NCBI GenBank assembly: GCA_021648085.1
Contig: JAKITS010000001.1
Location: 541,671-605,670, forward strand
Source of the DNA: Candidatus Magasanikiibacteriota bacterium
Lineage (GTDB): Bacteria > Patescibacteriota > Patescibacteriia > Magasanikbacterales > UBA922
Direction: 5' to 3'
Length of the DNA stretch: 64,000 nt
This document shows, piece after piece, positions 20,289-30,412 of the stretch. The notes beneath the pieces were generated by a model. That model worked only from the letters and a program-made list of their open reading frames with translations, searched no databases and was not told the DNA's origin. A program made the translations under genes and the position numbers. Every line of letters starts with the position of its first letter. Position 1 is the stretch's first letter.

Positions 20289-21656
20289 TTAAGATAAAAA
20301 TACTTTCAACTCCTCAACCTTATCTTTAACTTCTTCTTTGTTTCTCGCCTCCAAATTCAATCTTAATACCGGCTCTGTGTTTGATTTTCGTAAACTAAGC
20401 CAACCCCAATCAAATCTCATCCACAACCCATCCAAATATGAAGTCTCCAAAGCAGAATCTTTAAAACTCTCTTCTACTTTTTTCATTACACCATCTTTAT
20501 CTTCTACTTCAAAATTTATCTCGTCTGAATGAACATATCTTTTGAATGGTTTTATCAATTCACTAAGTTTTTTACCTTCACGAGACATAATATGTAAAAA
20601 GTAAAGCAAAGATAAATCTGTAGATTCTAAATCATAAACATCACTATAATAAAGATGTAAGGATAACTCACCAGCAAAAACAGCTCCTGTTTTTTTCATT
20701 AGATCCTTAATTAGAGCATGACCTACCATACACATTTGAGTCTTTGCACCATTCTCCTCCCAAATTTCTTTTACAGATTGGCTTAGGCGCAAGTCATAAA
20801 GCATTACAGAATTTGGATGTTTCGCTAAAACTTCCAAACCAACCAAACCACCAACAAAAGATGCTGGTACCACTTCCCCGTTTTCATCCACCAAACCAAT
20901 CCTATCTGCATCACCATCAAAAGCAAAGCCAAAGTCCGCTCCAACTTCTACCACTTTTTTCTGTAAATCTTTTAATGTTTCTACTTTCAAAGGATTAGCC
21001 TCGTGATTTGGAAAAGTTCCATCTGGCTCCATATACATATACTCCACTTCTATTGGCAACTCTGCCAAAACTTTTGGAATAGAAACATCTGCCATCCCAT
21101 TTCCCCCATCCACCACAATTTTAAGTGGCTTAATACTTTCTTTTGGAACAAGTGAAAAAATTAAATTTTTATAATCTTCAAAAATACTTTTATCCTCTAC
21201 CCCTCCTTTTTCTTCCGCATCTTTAAATTCATAATTTAAAACTAAATCTTTTATTTCATCCATTCCAGTCACCTTTCCAACCGGCAAACCATTTTCTTGT
21301 GTAATTTTGAAACCATTGTATTCTGAAGGGTTATGACTTGCTGTCACCATAATTCCACCAACATGCTCCGAATAATGCGCGCATGCAAAGTTAAAAAGTG
21401 GTGTACTCGTTAGGCCAATTTTTACCACATCAATACCTTCGTAATTTATTCCTTTTATCACCGCATTTGCAAACTCTTCGCTTGTCTCACGCATATCTTT
21501 TCCAACCACTATTTTTTTACCAGAAAAATCTATATTTTTATTTTTCAAAAAAACGACAAAAGCTCTCCCAACCCTATACGCAAACTCGGCAGACAAATCA
21601 CCATTTACCAACCCACGAATATCATATGCTTTGAAAATTTTGTTATTGAACCTCAT
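20289..21656 (-). CDS. manB: Phosphomannomutase/phosphoglucomutase
   Basis: FKAYDIRG, TASHNP (catalytic Ser), FDGDADR, GELSLH, RKSNTEPVLR. Confidence 0.9.
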   Translation of the reverse strand: MRFNNKIFKAYDIRGLVNGDLSAEFAYRVGRAFVVFLKNKNIDFSGKKIVVGKDMRETSEEFANAVIKGINYEGIDVVKIGLTSTPLFNFACAHYSEHVGGIMVTASHNPSEYNGFKITQENGLPVGKVTGMDEIKDLVLNYEFKDAEEKGGVEDKSIFEDYKNLIFSLVPKESIKPLKIVVDGGNGMADVSIPKVLAELPIEVEYMYMEPDGTFPNHEANPLKVETLKDLQKKVVEVGADFGFAFDGDADRIGLVDENGEVVPASFVGGLVGLEVLAKHPNSVMLYDLRLSQSVKEIWEENGAKTQMCMVGHALIKDLMKKTGAVFAGELSLHLYYSDVYDLESTDLSLLYFLHIMSREGKKLSELIKPFKRYVHSDEINFEVEDKDGVMKKVEESFKDSALETSYLDGLWMRFDWGWLSLRKSNTEPVLRLNLEARNKEEVKDKVEELKVFLS

Positions 21657-21767
21657 ACTTCTAAATTTACTTGAATTATATAGTGAATTTTGTTATATTT
21701 TATATATAAATCTCTTAAAGACTATATTTTTAATATTAAACAATAACATTATTGTATCACACTTACT

Positions 21768-24281
21768 ATGATTGAATCTGAACAATTTTTGGAAAATCTG
21801 TCAACACACCTCCGAAACACGATTACTGGCGGATTGACTCTCGCCACCACTTTAAACCATTGTGAGGTTAGTCCAGCTCACCTTCTTTTTGCGCTTGCAG
21901 AAGAGAAAGGTTCTGTTGGGATAGAAATTCTCAAAAAATTAAAAGTTGATAAAAAATTAATTTTTAATCTTCTTTCCATAACTCCAAAAACAGAAAAAGA
22001 TAAAGAAACAAAAAAACCAAAAATTCCAGAACTAAGTGAGACAGCAAAAAGAGCTTTGGAAAAAGCAATGCTTTTGGCTTATGAAGAAGAGCATGTTTAT
22101 GTTGGCACAGAACACCTACTATTTGGACTTGTAAACTGTGAAGATGTAAATATTGAATCCATTCTAAAGCAAGCTGGAGTAAGTATTGAAACAGCTGAAG
22201 AACAAATTGATATAGTTTTGGAAAGTACAAACAAATTTCCAAATTTGGACGATGTAAAAAATACTTTAGAGCAAATTAGTCGTCTTGCAAATTCTAGAGA
22301 TTTTAATAAAAATAAAACAAAAAAAGGAAAAAATAAAAAAAGGAAAAATTCTATACTAGGAGAATTTACAACAGATCTTACTCATAAAAATTCTCAAAAA
22401 AATCTAGATCCTGTAGTTGGTCGCGAACAAGAAATAACTAGAATTATTCACATACTTTCTCGTAGAACAAAAAATAATCCGGTTTTAGTTGGAGAGCCTG
22501 GGGTTGGAAAAACAGCAATTATTGAAGGTCTTGCGAGACGAATTGCAGATGGAGATGTGCCATACAATTTGCGAGGTAAAAAATTACTCTCACTCGATCT
22601 TACACTATTAATTTCTGGAACAATTTACAGAGGAGAGTTTGAGGCAAGACTAAAACAGGTAATAGACGAAATTTCTGCAAATTCAAAATATATTCTTTTT
22701 ATAGATGAGCTCCACAATATAATAGGAACTGGCTCAAACCAAGGAACAATGGATGCAGCAAACATTTTAAAACCAGCACTCGCTCGCGGAAAATTGCGCT
22801 GTATCGGTGCTACCACATTAGATGAATACAAAAAATACATATCTACAGATCCTGCACTAGAACGCAGATTTCAATCTATAGAAATAGATGAGCCAAGTAT
22901 CGAGGAAGCTAAAACAATTCTACACGGAATAAAACCTCATTACGAAAAATTTCATGATGTGGACATTACAGACTCTGCGATAGAAAAAGCTGTGGAATTT
23001 TCAACAAGATTTATTCACGAAAACTTCCTACCAGACAAAGCAATAGACCTAATAGACGAGGCTTGTGCTTTTGTTCGCACAAAATTGAAAAATCCAATAG
23101 ACGAAAAAATTCATAATTTTAAAAAAGAACTTAGTGATTTGAAAGAAGAAAAAAGTAAAGCAATATCACAAGAAAAATTTAAACTTGCCGGAGAATTGAA
23201 AAAATCGGAAAAAGATATTAAAGTAAAAATTAAAAAACTAAAAAAACAAAAATTTAACAAAAAAACTGGAAATCTTCCAAAAGTTGAAGTTGGGCATATT
23301 GCAGAAGTTTTAAGCGCAAGATTAAATATAGAAAAAGAGAATTTACTTGCAGACGACTGGCAAAGAGTAGAAAAAACTTCAAAACAATTGAACCAACACA
23401 TAAAAGGACAGACTCATGTTGTAGAAGAAATAAAGCAAAAACTTAGTCAAAGTTATCTAGGACTTGGAAATAAAAACAAACCACTTGCGTCATTTTTGTT
23501 TGTGGGACCAAGCGGAGTTGGTAAAACTTACACAGCAAAAATACTTGCACAAACACTTTATAACAACAAAAAATCTCTTATCAAACTAGATATGAGTGAA
23601 TTTTCAGAATCACACAGCATTTCAAAAATCCTAGGCTCTCCTGCTGGATATGTTGGGCACGACAGTAGAAATAAATTTACAGAAGCTATCAAAAAAAGAC
23701 CTTATTCTGTAGTACTTTTCGATGAGTTTGACAAAGCTCATCCAGATGTTCGTAAACTACTACTTCAAATTTTGGACGAAGGAGAAATCACAGACAGCTC
23801 CGGAAAAAAAGTAAAATTCAATCATTCTATAATAATTCTAACTTCAAATGTGGGAGCAGAATTATACAAAAACACAGAAATTGGTTTTGGTAAAAATGTA
23901 TCTAAAACACTAGACGAAGAAAAAAGAAGACGAATTCACAATAAAGTAAAAAAATCTTTTGGTGGAGATGTTTTGAGTCGTTTAAATTCTGTTTGTATTT
24001 TCAACCAGCTAAGTCAAAAAAACATAGAGCAGATAATTGAAAAACAAATAATAGACATCAATAAAAAATTGCAAGATAAACGAAAAATAAATTTGGTAGT
24101 AAGTCGTGGTGCTTTAAAAGAATTAGCAAAAAATAAATATTCAGAAGATTTTGGAGCAAGAGATATTGAACGCAAAGTCACTCAGACAATTCAAGAATTA
24201 CTAATAAATGCTCTAAATAAAAAAACAGAACAGGATACATATTCACTACAAATCTCAGAAGGAAAATACGAACTTGTGTAA
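21768..24281 (+). CDS. clpC: ATP-dependent Clp protease ATPase subunit (ClpC-like)
   Basis: Two Clp-N repeats, GEPGVGKT and GPSGVGKT Walker A motifs, a short UVR-type middle domain, and an IGF loop (EIGFG). Confidence 0.88.
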   Translation: MIESEQFLENLSTHLRNTITGGLTLATTLNHCEVSPAHLLFALAEEKGSVGIEILKKLKVDKKLIFNLLSITPKTEKDKETKKPKIPELSETAKRALEKAMLLAYEEEHVYVGTEHLLFGLVNCEDVNIESILKQAGVSIETAEEQIDIVLESTNKFPNLDDVKNTLEQISRLANSRDFNKNKTKKGKNKKRKNSILGEFTTDLTHKNSQKNLDPVVGREQEITRIIHILSRRTKNNPVLVGEPGVGKTAIIEGLARRIADGDVPYNLRGKKLLSLDLTLLISGTIYRGEFEARLKQVIDEISANSKYILFIDELHNIIGTGSNQGTMDAANILKPALARGKLRCIGATTLDEYKKYISTDPALERRFQSIEIDEPSIEEAKTILHGIKPHYEKFHDVDITDSAIEKAVEFSTRFIHENFLPDKAIDLIDEACAFVRTKLKNPIDEKIHNFKKELSDLKEEKSKAISQEKFKLAGELKKSEKDIKVKIKKLKKQKFNKKTGNLPKVEVGHIAEVLSARLNIEKENLLADDWQRVEKTSKQLNQHIKGQTHVVEEIKQKLSQSYLGLGNKNKPLASFLFVGPSGVGKTYTAKILAQTLYNNKKSLIKLDMSEFSESHSISKILGSPAGYVGHDSRNKFTEAIKKRPYSVVLFDEFDKAHPDVRKLLLQILDEGEITDSSGKKVKFNHSIIILTSNVGAELYKNTEIGFGKNVSKTLDEEKRRRIHNKVKKSFGGDVLSRLNSVCIFNQLSQKNIEQIIEKQIIDINKKLQDKRKINLVVSRGALKELAKNKYSEDFGARDIERKVTQTIQELLINALNKKTEQDTYSLQISEGKYELV

Positions 24282-24285
24282 AAAA

Positions 24286-24494
24286 TTCTGTCCTTTTCTA
24301 ACTCCCAACCTCCTGAACATTTGAAATTTATGGACTAATTTTTTATAAATATTTATGGTTTTCTGAGAATACAGAAAATAACGAATTTAGCGAACTGCGG
24401 TGAGTTAAATAAATATTTAGAAAAAATTAAGCCATAAATTGTCAACCGTTCGGCACTTTTGGTTACCTTTTGGTGACAAAAGGTAAAGTGAGAA
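24286..24494 (+). repeat. Family B structured intergenic repeat, long form
   Basis: AACCTCCTGAACATTTGAAATT...internal palindrome...GTTCGGCACTTTTGGTTACCTTTTGGTGACAAAAGGTAAAGTGAGAA; direct repeat of 25016-25223. Confidence 0.8.
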
Positions 24495-24621
24495 GGATTG
24501 GGTTTTAAATTTAAAGATTTTGTGAGTCGAAGATAAAATTTTTAAATTAAACATTAGGATTACATAAAAAAAGTTTTTAATTATTATTTAAAATAATAAT
24601 TAAAAGTACTTCATAATTAGC

Positions 24622-24981
24622 TTGTCGGTTAAAATGGATAATACTTCACAAAATTGGGCAGTAGAACTGCAAAAACAAAAAACAAAACTCCAAAATAGTG
24701 GTGCTGATATTCAGGTTGAAAAAGAAAATAATGACTATGAGTTGAATAAAGTAAAAATAGATTTAATAAAATCCGCAGAAGAAAAAGATTTTAACAAAAT
24801 TGCAGAAAATTATAATAAATTGGTAGAGCTTTTTGCAAAAGAAACAGCCTTAAATCTACTAAATTTGGAAAAAAGATTTGGAACTGTAAATGAAATTGTG
24901 ATAAAAAACCAAGCGAAACTATTTACACAGGAATGTTTGGATGTAGCGCAAGCAGTTGATTCAATTTTAGATAGCAGCTAG
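24622..24981 (+). CDS. Hypothetical helical protein bracketed by two family B repeats
   Basis: 119-aa ORF; ATG at 24634 is an alternative start; no recognisable motif. Confidence 0.55.
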   Translation: MSVKMDNTSQNWAVELQKQKTKLQNSGADIQVEKENNDYELNKVKIDLIKSAEEKDFNKIAENYNKLVELFAKETALNLLNLEKRFGTVNEIVIKNQAKLFTQECLDVAQAVDSILDSS

Positions 24982-25015
24982 ACTCCAGGCTTCCGACTTC
25001 AGTTTTTTATCATAT

Positions 25016-25325
25016 TGTTCTCTTCCTATCCTAAACCTCTCGAACATTTGAAATTTTTGGACTAATTTTTTATAAATATTTATGGTCCTTTTGAGAATAC
25101 AAAAGGATAGTGAGTGTAGCGAATTGCGGCGAGCCAAATAAATATTTATAAGAAATTAAGCCTAAAATTGTCATTAGTTCGGCGGTTTTAACTACCTTTT
25201 GGCAGCAAAAGGTAAGGTGAGAAAAACTTAGTTTTGAATTTAAATAAAAGTTTTACTCATATATCACGCTTAAGAGATTCTCGTCTGCCGGCGCGCAGGT
25301 CTCACTTTAGTTCGAAATGACAGAA
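25016..25325 (+). repeat. Family B structured intergenic repeat, long form plus 3' module
   Basis: Homologous to 24286-24494; the 3' module GATTCTCGTCTGCCGGC...TTCGAAATGACAGAAA matches about 41598-41648 and about 20098-20140. Confidence 0.78.
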
Positions 25326-25346
25326 AAAATAAATTAAACACAAAGT

Positions 25347-26405
25347 ATGGCAACTGCCGTAACAGCAGGACAACTTAAAAAAAGTGGGAGTCTTACGCGT
25401 TCTATTTTTGATAGTGGTGAATTTTTGCCAATTGTTGCTGTAGCTTTGAGGAGTATGGGTGCTGGTGGAGCAATTGCAGATGTGTTATCGAATATGAAAG
25501 GTTTTAGCATGAAAGATTTACTCGGAACAACAAAAACAATTGCAAAACAATATACTCCTGCGATGGCACAAAAAAAAATAATGAATGCTGGAAATAAAAT
25601 AAAGGATACTGGCAAAAAAATTAGTGATTCTGGAGCTTTCAAAGCCATAAAACAAAAAGCTGGTTTTGGAGACCACAGACCAAAACAAACAACTGATCCT
25701 GATTTTGCAACAGATGAACAACTTAGTCCAGAATTTGGAGGTGGAGACGAAAAAGAAGAAGAACAAGAAGAATCATCTTTTACAGAAGAACCGGATGAAA
25801 ATGAGGAAGATGAAGAAGATACTCCAGGAGAAAAACCATACCAGCCATTTTCTAAGCCAAAACCAGAAGAAGAAAAAGAAGAGCTAGACAAAAAAAAGAA
25901 AGAAAAACAAGAAAAAGAAAAAACTCCAAAAGAGAGCGATCAGGAAAGATCTAAAAAATTTCAACAAAGTAAAAACCAACAAAGATTAAGATCTAAAAAA
26001 GGAAATGGAAAAGAAGATGTTAAAAAGAGGAAAGGAGGAAAAGAAAAGAAGGAAAAGAAAGAGAAAGAAGGAAAAAAAGAATTTACAAATATAGAATTAA
26101 TAGTTTGGCTACCTTGTGCTATTGCAGCAGACATAGCATCTATTATTCCTTATGTTGGATTAGTTATTAGCTGGCCTTTTGGTATATCCTTTTTTATATT
26201 TAAATGGGTAAAAAAATTTAATAAATCTACCACAGTAATGGTTAGTGGTTTAGATGTAATTTTAGAAGGCTTTTTCTCTACTATTCCAGCGAATACAGCC
26301 GATGTGCTTATAACTTATTCTATTTCAAAAGCTAAAAAATATGGAGTTAAAATCCCTGATGCAGAAAAAAAACTAAAAAAAGTTACAGGCGCAAAACCAA
26401 AATAA
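25347..26405 (+). CDS. Hypothetical protein: E/K-rich low-complexity region and C-terminal hydrophobic hairpin
   Basis: 352-aa ORF; acidic then Lys-rich tracts; TM-like segments LIVWLPCAIAADIASIIPYVGLVISWPFG. Confidence 0.7.
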   Translation: MATAVTAGQLKKSGSLTRSIFDSGEFLPIVAVALRSMGAGGAIADVLSNMKGFSMKDLLGTTKTIAKQYTPAMAQKKIMNAGNKIKDTGKKISDSGAFKAIKQKAGFGDHRPKQTTDPDFATDEQLSPEFGGGDEKEEEQEESSFTEEPDENEEDEEDTPGEKPYQPFSKPKPEEEKEELDKKKKEKQEKEKTPKESDQERSKKFQQSKNQQRLRSKKGNGKEDVKKRKGGKEKKEKKEKEGKKEFTNIELIVWLPCAIAADIASIIPYVGLVISWPFGISFFIFKWVKKFNKSTTVMVSGLDVILEGFFSTIPANTADVLITYSISKAKKYGVKIPDAEKKLKKVTGAKPK

Positions 26406-26471
26406 TAAAATTTAAAAAATAAGACTAAAGAGTGTGTTATAATTTAATTACTACATATCACAAATAAAAAT

Positions 26472-27689
26472 ATGGACAAAAAGCGTATAATTTTCATAGC
26501 GATATTTTCAGTAGCTGTAATAGGAATAGGATATCTTATGTATTCTATTTTTTGGAAATCTTCTGAACCAACAATAATACCACCAGATAAAACTGTCACC
26601 GATACCACAAAATTACCGTCTGGAGGATCTTTTGCACAAAGCGATGACAAGGAAATAAATGACACAACCACACCTGAAGTTGGAGGTGCAATAGTAATAA
26701 GACCTACAGAATTGCCAGATTCTGGAATAAGAGAGGTTACAAGAGTTGTTGCAGAAAATCTCATAAACCCAAAGATAAACTCAAATGGCGATGTAAATTT
26801 TTATAATACAATAGACGGAAAATTTTACACTTCACAAAATGGAGAAACAGTAGAAATGAGTGAACAAGTATTTTTTAATGTAGAAAATGTCGTATGGTCT
26901 GGAGTAAACAACGAATCCATCATCGAATATCCGGACGGCTCAAATATTTACTATAACTTTGATACAGAAGTACAAAGAACACTTCCAAAACATTGGGAAG
27001 ACTTTTCTTTTTCCAAACAAGGTGACCAAATAGTTGCAAAAAGTATAGGAATTTCACCAGAAAATAGATGGCTCGTGAGTAGCGATGCTGATGGAAATAA
27101 TGTAACTTTAATAGAATCACTCGGAGAAAATGCTGATAAAGTAACCGTAGACTGGTCACCAAACAAACAAATAATAGGAGTAAGTTTAGCTGGTGGAGTC
27201 GCAGGTGCAAACAGACAAGAAGTATTTTTTGTTGGTCAAAATGGAGAAAATTTTAAATCCATGATTGTAGAAGGAAGAGGTTTTGAATCTATTTGGTCGC
27301 CAAGTGGAGATAAGCTTTTATACAGTGTTTACAGTACACGAAGCCAGTACAAACCAGAATTATGGGTAGTGAGTAGTAAGGTTGGTAATATAGGCTCAAA
27401 CAGAAAAATGCTCGGCATAAATACTTGGGCAGACAAATGTGCATTTGGAGACGAAAGAAACCTTTACTGTGCAGTTCCAAACAACCTTCCAGTTGGTAGT
27501 GGTTTTAGTTCAGATTTAGCAAACACTGCCACATACACATTGATAAGAATAGATACACAAACAACACTTCAAACACCACTCCAAATGGATGAAATCCACA
27601 GCATCGACAAAATATTTTTATCCAATGATGGTGGTACGCTTTATTTTACAGACAAATTTGAATCAGGTTTATTTAGTATTTCAATATGA
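26472..27689 (+). CDS. Membrane-anchored TolB/WD40-like beta-propeller protein
   Basis: N-terminal TM helix; repeated WSG/FSK/WSPN/WSPSGDKLLY/LSNDGGTLYF blades. Confidence 0.75.
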   Translation: MDKKRIIFIAIFSVAVIGIGYLMYSIFWKSSEPTIIPPDKTVTDTTKLPSGGSFAQSDDKEINDTTTPEVGGAIVIRPTELPDSGIREVTRVVAENLINPKINSNGDVNFYNTIDGKFYTSQNGETVEMSEQVFFNVENVVWSGVNNESIIEYPDGSNIYYNFDTEVQRTLPKHWEDFSFSKQGDQIVAKSIGISPENRWLVSSDADGNNVTLIESLGENADKVTVDWSPNKQIIGVSLAGGVAGANRQEVFFVGQNGENFKSMIVEGRGFESIWSPSGDKLLYSVYSTRSQYKPELWVVSSKVGNIGSNRKMLGINTWADKCAFGDERNLYCAVPNNLPVGSGFSSDLANTATYTLIRIDTQTTLQTPLQMDEIHSIDKIFLSNDGGTLYFTDKFESGLFSISI

Positions 27690-28309
27690 TAAAAACTAGA
27701 CATCTTTTTTTAGTTTTCATTCCAGCAATTGCTGTAGTTTCTTTTGCTTTATTTGTGCGAATAGTGCAATACGAACCAGTTTATGACAGAAATAAACCGC
27801 TAGACATTCCTCGACAAATGGCACAACTTTTCCCAGAAGATCCAATTTTAGGAAATAAGAAATCCCCAATTACATTAGTTGCTTTTGAAGATTTTAGCTG
27901 TCCTGCTTGCAGCACCCAATCAAAAATGCTAGATGATATATTGCTACAATACCCAAACAGTATAAAAATTATTTGGAAAAGTATAAGTACACATAAAAGT
28001 GAATTGGCAAATAATTATGCATATTGTGCAAACAAACAAAGAAAGTTTGCTGAATTCAAAAATCTTGCTTTTGCAAATCAAAACAATTTAAATATAGATA
28101 TTTTAAATATAATTTCTGAAACAATAGAATTAAACGAAACTAAATTAAACAAATGTTTAGCTTCTGGCGAAGCTGAAATTTATAATCAAAAAAATAGAGA
28201 CTTGGCAACTATTTTGCATGTGCAAGCTGTACCAACTTTTTTCTTGAACGATGTGCAACTTCAAACACCAAAATCTAGAGATGAATGGAAAAATGTTTTA
28301 GGACTATAA
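27686..28309 (+). CDS. dsbA: DsbA-family thiol-disulfide oxidoreductase
   Basis: N-terminal TM helix, LGNKKSPITLVAFEDFSCPAC (CxxC), cis-Pro motif AVPTFFLN. Confidence 0.88.
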   Translation: MIKTRHLFLVFIPAIAVVSFALFVRIVQYEPVYDRNKPLDIPRQMAQLFPEDPILGNKKSPITLVAFEDFSCPACSTQSKMLDDILLQYPNSIKIIWKSISTHKSELANNYAYCANKQRKFAEFKNLAFANQNNLNIDILNIISETIELNETKLNKCLASGEAEIYNQKNRDLATILHVQAVPTFFLNDVQLQTPKSRDEWKNVLGL

Positions 28310-28310
28310 T

Positions 28311-30392
28311 ATGAAAAATATTTCAAAAAATTATTTAATTTTTTCTTTTGTAATAGGATTAATTTTATTATTTTTTTCTTTTGGAATTGCGAAAGCTAGT
28401 TTAGATTATGAAGTTTATAGAATAAATCCAGATTTCCGAATTACACAAACAGCTAATACTGAAGCTCCCATAAAACAACTAGGTATTGTTAGTGTTGCGG
28501 ATAGTATAAGAAATACACTACCCGCACAATTTTGTGCTTGTAATGTAGAAGGAGCCAGTGGCCGATACACAATCACCGAACTTTCACAAAAAAGAGAAGA
28601 TTGTAGAACAGCAACTGTTTTTGAACCGCCAACAAGTGGAGGACTTTTGACAAATTGTAGTGCAAATAGTGATAGGAGCTCTTGTTTGTGTGATACAAAC
28701 ATAATATCCCCACTTACAAATTCTGAATCTCGTGCAGAAGTAGAACTAACAAGATTAAGAGATAAGAGTAAAGGAGGGGCATTACTACCACTTACAGACT
28801 CTAGATGTTCTACAAAATTAAATAATACACAATTTAGCTCTTGTCGTAATTCAAGTGCTATTATTAATACATGCACGTGTACTAGTTCTGAAACAAATAG
28901 AGTTTTAGAAAGCATCACTGAAGATATAACTTTATTAGGTTTTTCACCTGGATCATCGAGTTGTAATGATACTTATATTTTAAAAGATAAACCAAAAGTT
29001 TCAGTAAATAATTGTGAATGGATTGGTTTAGATGTGTCGCCAAAAACATCCACACAATCTTTTATTCAAAATAATCTTAGCGAAATAGAAGCAATTTTAA
29101 ACAAACCACAACTTCAAATAAAAATACCTGGATTGAGTTTTTCTGGAGAAGGTTTGAAAGCAGTTGAAGACGATGACGGTTCAAAATATTTTGTAGTTCC
29201 ATTTTTGGGAGAATATATTTCCGCAGTTTACAAATTTGCGGTTGCAGCTGGAAGTATTTTTGCTGTAATTATGATTATTGTGGCAGGGCTTCAGTGGATG
29301 ATACCTGGAAATATAACATCTTCTGGAGGTGGAGATAGTAAGGAAACAATAAATAAAGCTAAAAAAAGAATAGCCGGAGCTGTAACTGGTTTAATATTAC
29401 TAGTTGGTTCTTATACACTACTTTACACAATTAACCCAAACTTAGTTGAATTTAATGGATTGAAGGTTCAATTTGTAAATCCTGAGCCGTTTCCAGCTTG
29501 GATACCATTAGGTGATCATTTGGATTTAGACTCATTAGGTCTTGATGGTAAATTTACAGGATCTATAGGTGCCCCTCCAAAATTAAGTGGTGATATAGCA
29601 CAATGTATTTATAAAAACTTTTTAGATGGAAAAAACATTGGTGATGAACCAGATATAAAAAGAATTGACATACTTAATGGATTAGGAACCTCTAAAATTA
29701 ATATCAACGCTATAAGTGCGTGGGAAAAGGTTTCCAAAGAAATTTTAGCTAGTACAGATGTCGAGATACAAGGTTATTTGAGATATATGCGCGATTATAA
29801 AGATGGGAAAGTGCCTGACTTAACAGGTAATAATGATGGTAGAGGAATTATTTCGTCAGTAACTGGACGTATAGGTGTAAAAAGAAAAACAGGTGAAGTT
29901 ACTGAAAATATACTCCAAGATACTCATGTTTTAGGTTTAACTATTGATATAATGACTAGAAGTAATTGGGATATAAGATTAAAAGAATATACAGGTAGTA
30001 GAAAAATAAACCATACGGATTACTGTAATAAATATCAAAAAACTTTAGATAAATTTAAAAATGGAGATTTTAATACTGATGCTGGATTTGACTTAACTAC
30101 TGATCCATATAAAATGTATGATAGAATACAAAATAAAATAAATGGATGTTTTAATGTTTTTAATTTAAACTTAACTACAGGCCATCACGAACCTTTTACT
30201 TCATTTCCTGATGAATGGATTAGAATTTTCGAAACAAACAATTTTTATTGGGGAGGATGGGCCTGGGGAGACCCATTCCGAACAGATTCAATGCATTTTG
30301 AATATTATGGACCGGAATGTATTAAATATAGAAAAGAGAGAGATTTGCAAATTTTAGAAAAAAAATTAAGACAATTTACAAACTCTAGATAA
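28311..30392 (+). CDS. Cys-rich TrbC/VirB2-type pilin-domain protein fused to an M15-family zinc peptidase
   Basis: Signal peptide; three CxC..C..C modules; pilin core EYISAVYKFAV...IIVAGLQWM...AKKRIAGAVTGLILLVGSYTLLYTINPNLV; C-terminal HVLGLTID (Hx6D) and WGG.W...DSMHFE. Confidence 0.75.
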   Translation: MKNISKNYLIFSFVIGLILLFFSFGIAKASLDYEVYRINPDFRITQTANTEAPIKQLGIVSVADSIRNTLPAQFCACNVEGASGRYTITELSQKREDCRTATVFEPPTSGGLLTNCSANSDRSSCLCDTNIISPLTNSESRAEVELTRLRDKSKGGALLPLTDSRCSTKLNNTQFSSCRNSSAIINTCTCTSSETNRVLESITEDITLLGFSPGSSSCNDTYILKDKPKVSVNNCEWIGLDVSPKTSTQSFIQNNLSEIEAILNKPQLQIKIPGLSFSGEGLKAVEDDDGSKYFVVPFLGEYISAVYKFAVAAGSIFAVIMIIVAGLQWMIPGNITSSGGGDSKETINKAKKRIAGAVTGLILLVGSYTLLYTINPNLVEFNGLKVQFVNPEPFPAWIPLGDHLDLDSLGLDGKFTGSIGAPPKLSGDIAQCIYKNFLDGKNIGDEPDIKRIDILNGLGTSKININAISAWEKVSKEILASTDVEIQGYLRYMRDYKDGKVPDLTGNNDGRGIISSVTGRIGVKRKTGEVTENILQDTHVLGLTIDIMTRSNWDIRLKEYTGSRKINHTDYCNKYQKTLDKFKNGDFNTDAGFDLTTDPYKMYDRIQNKINGCFNVFNLNLTTGHHEPFTSFPDEWIRIFETNNFYWGGWAWGDPFRTDSMHFEYYGPECIKYRKERDLQILEKKLRQFTNSR

Positions 30393-30412
30393 TATAAAAA
30401 GGATTTTTACAA

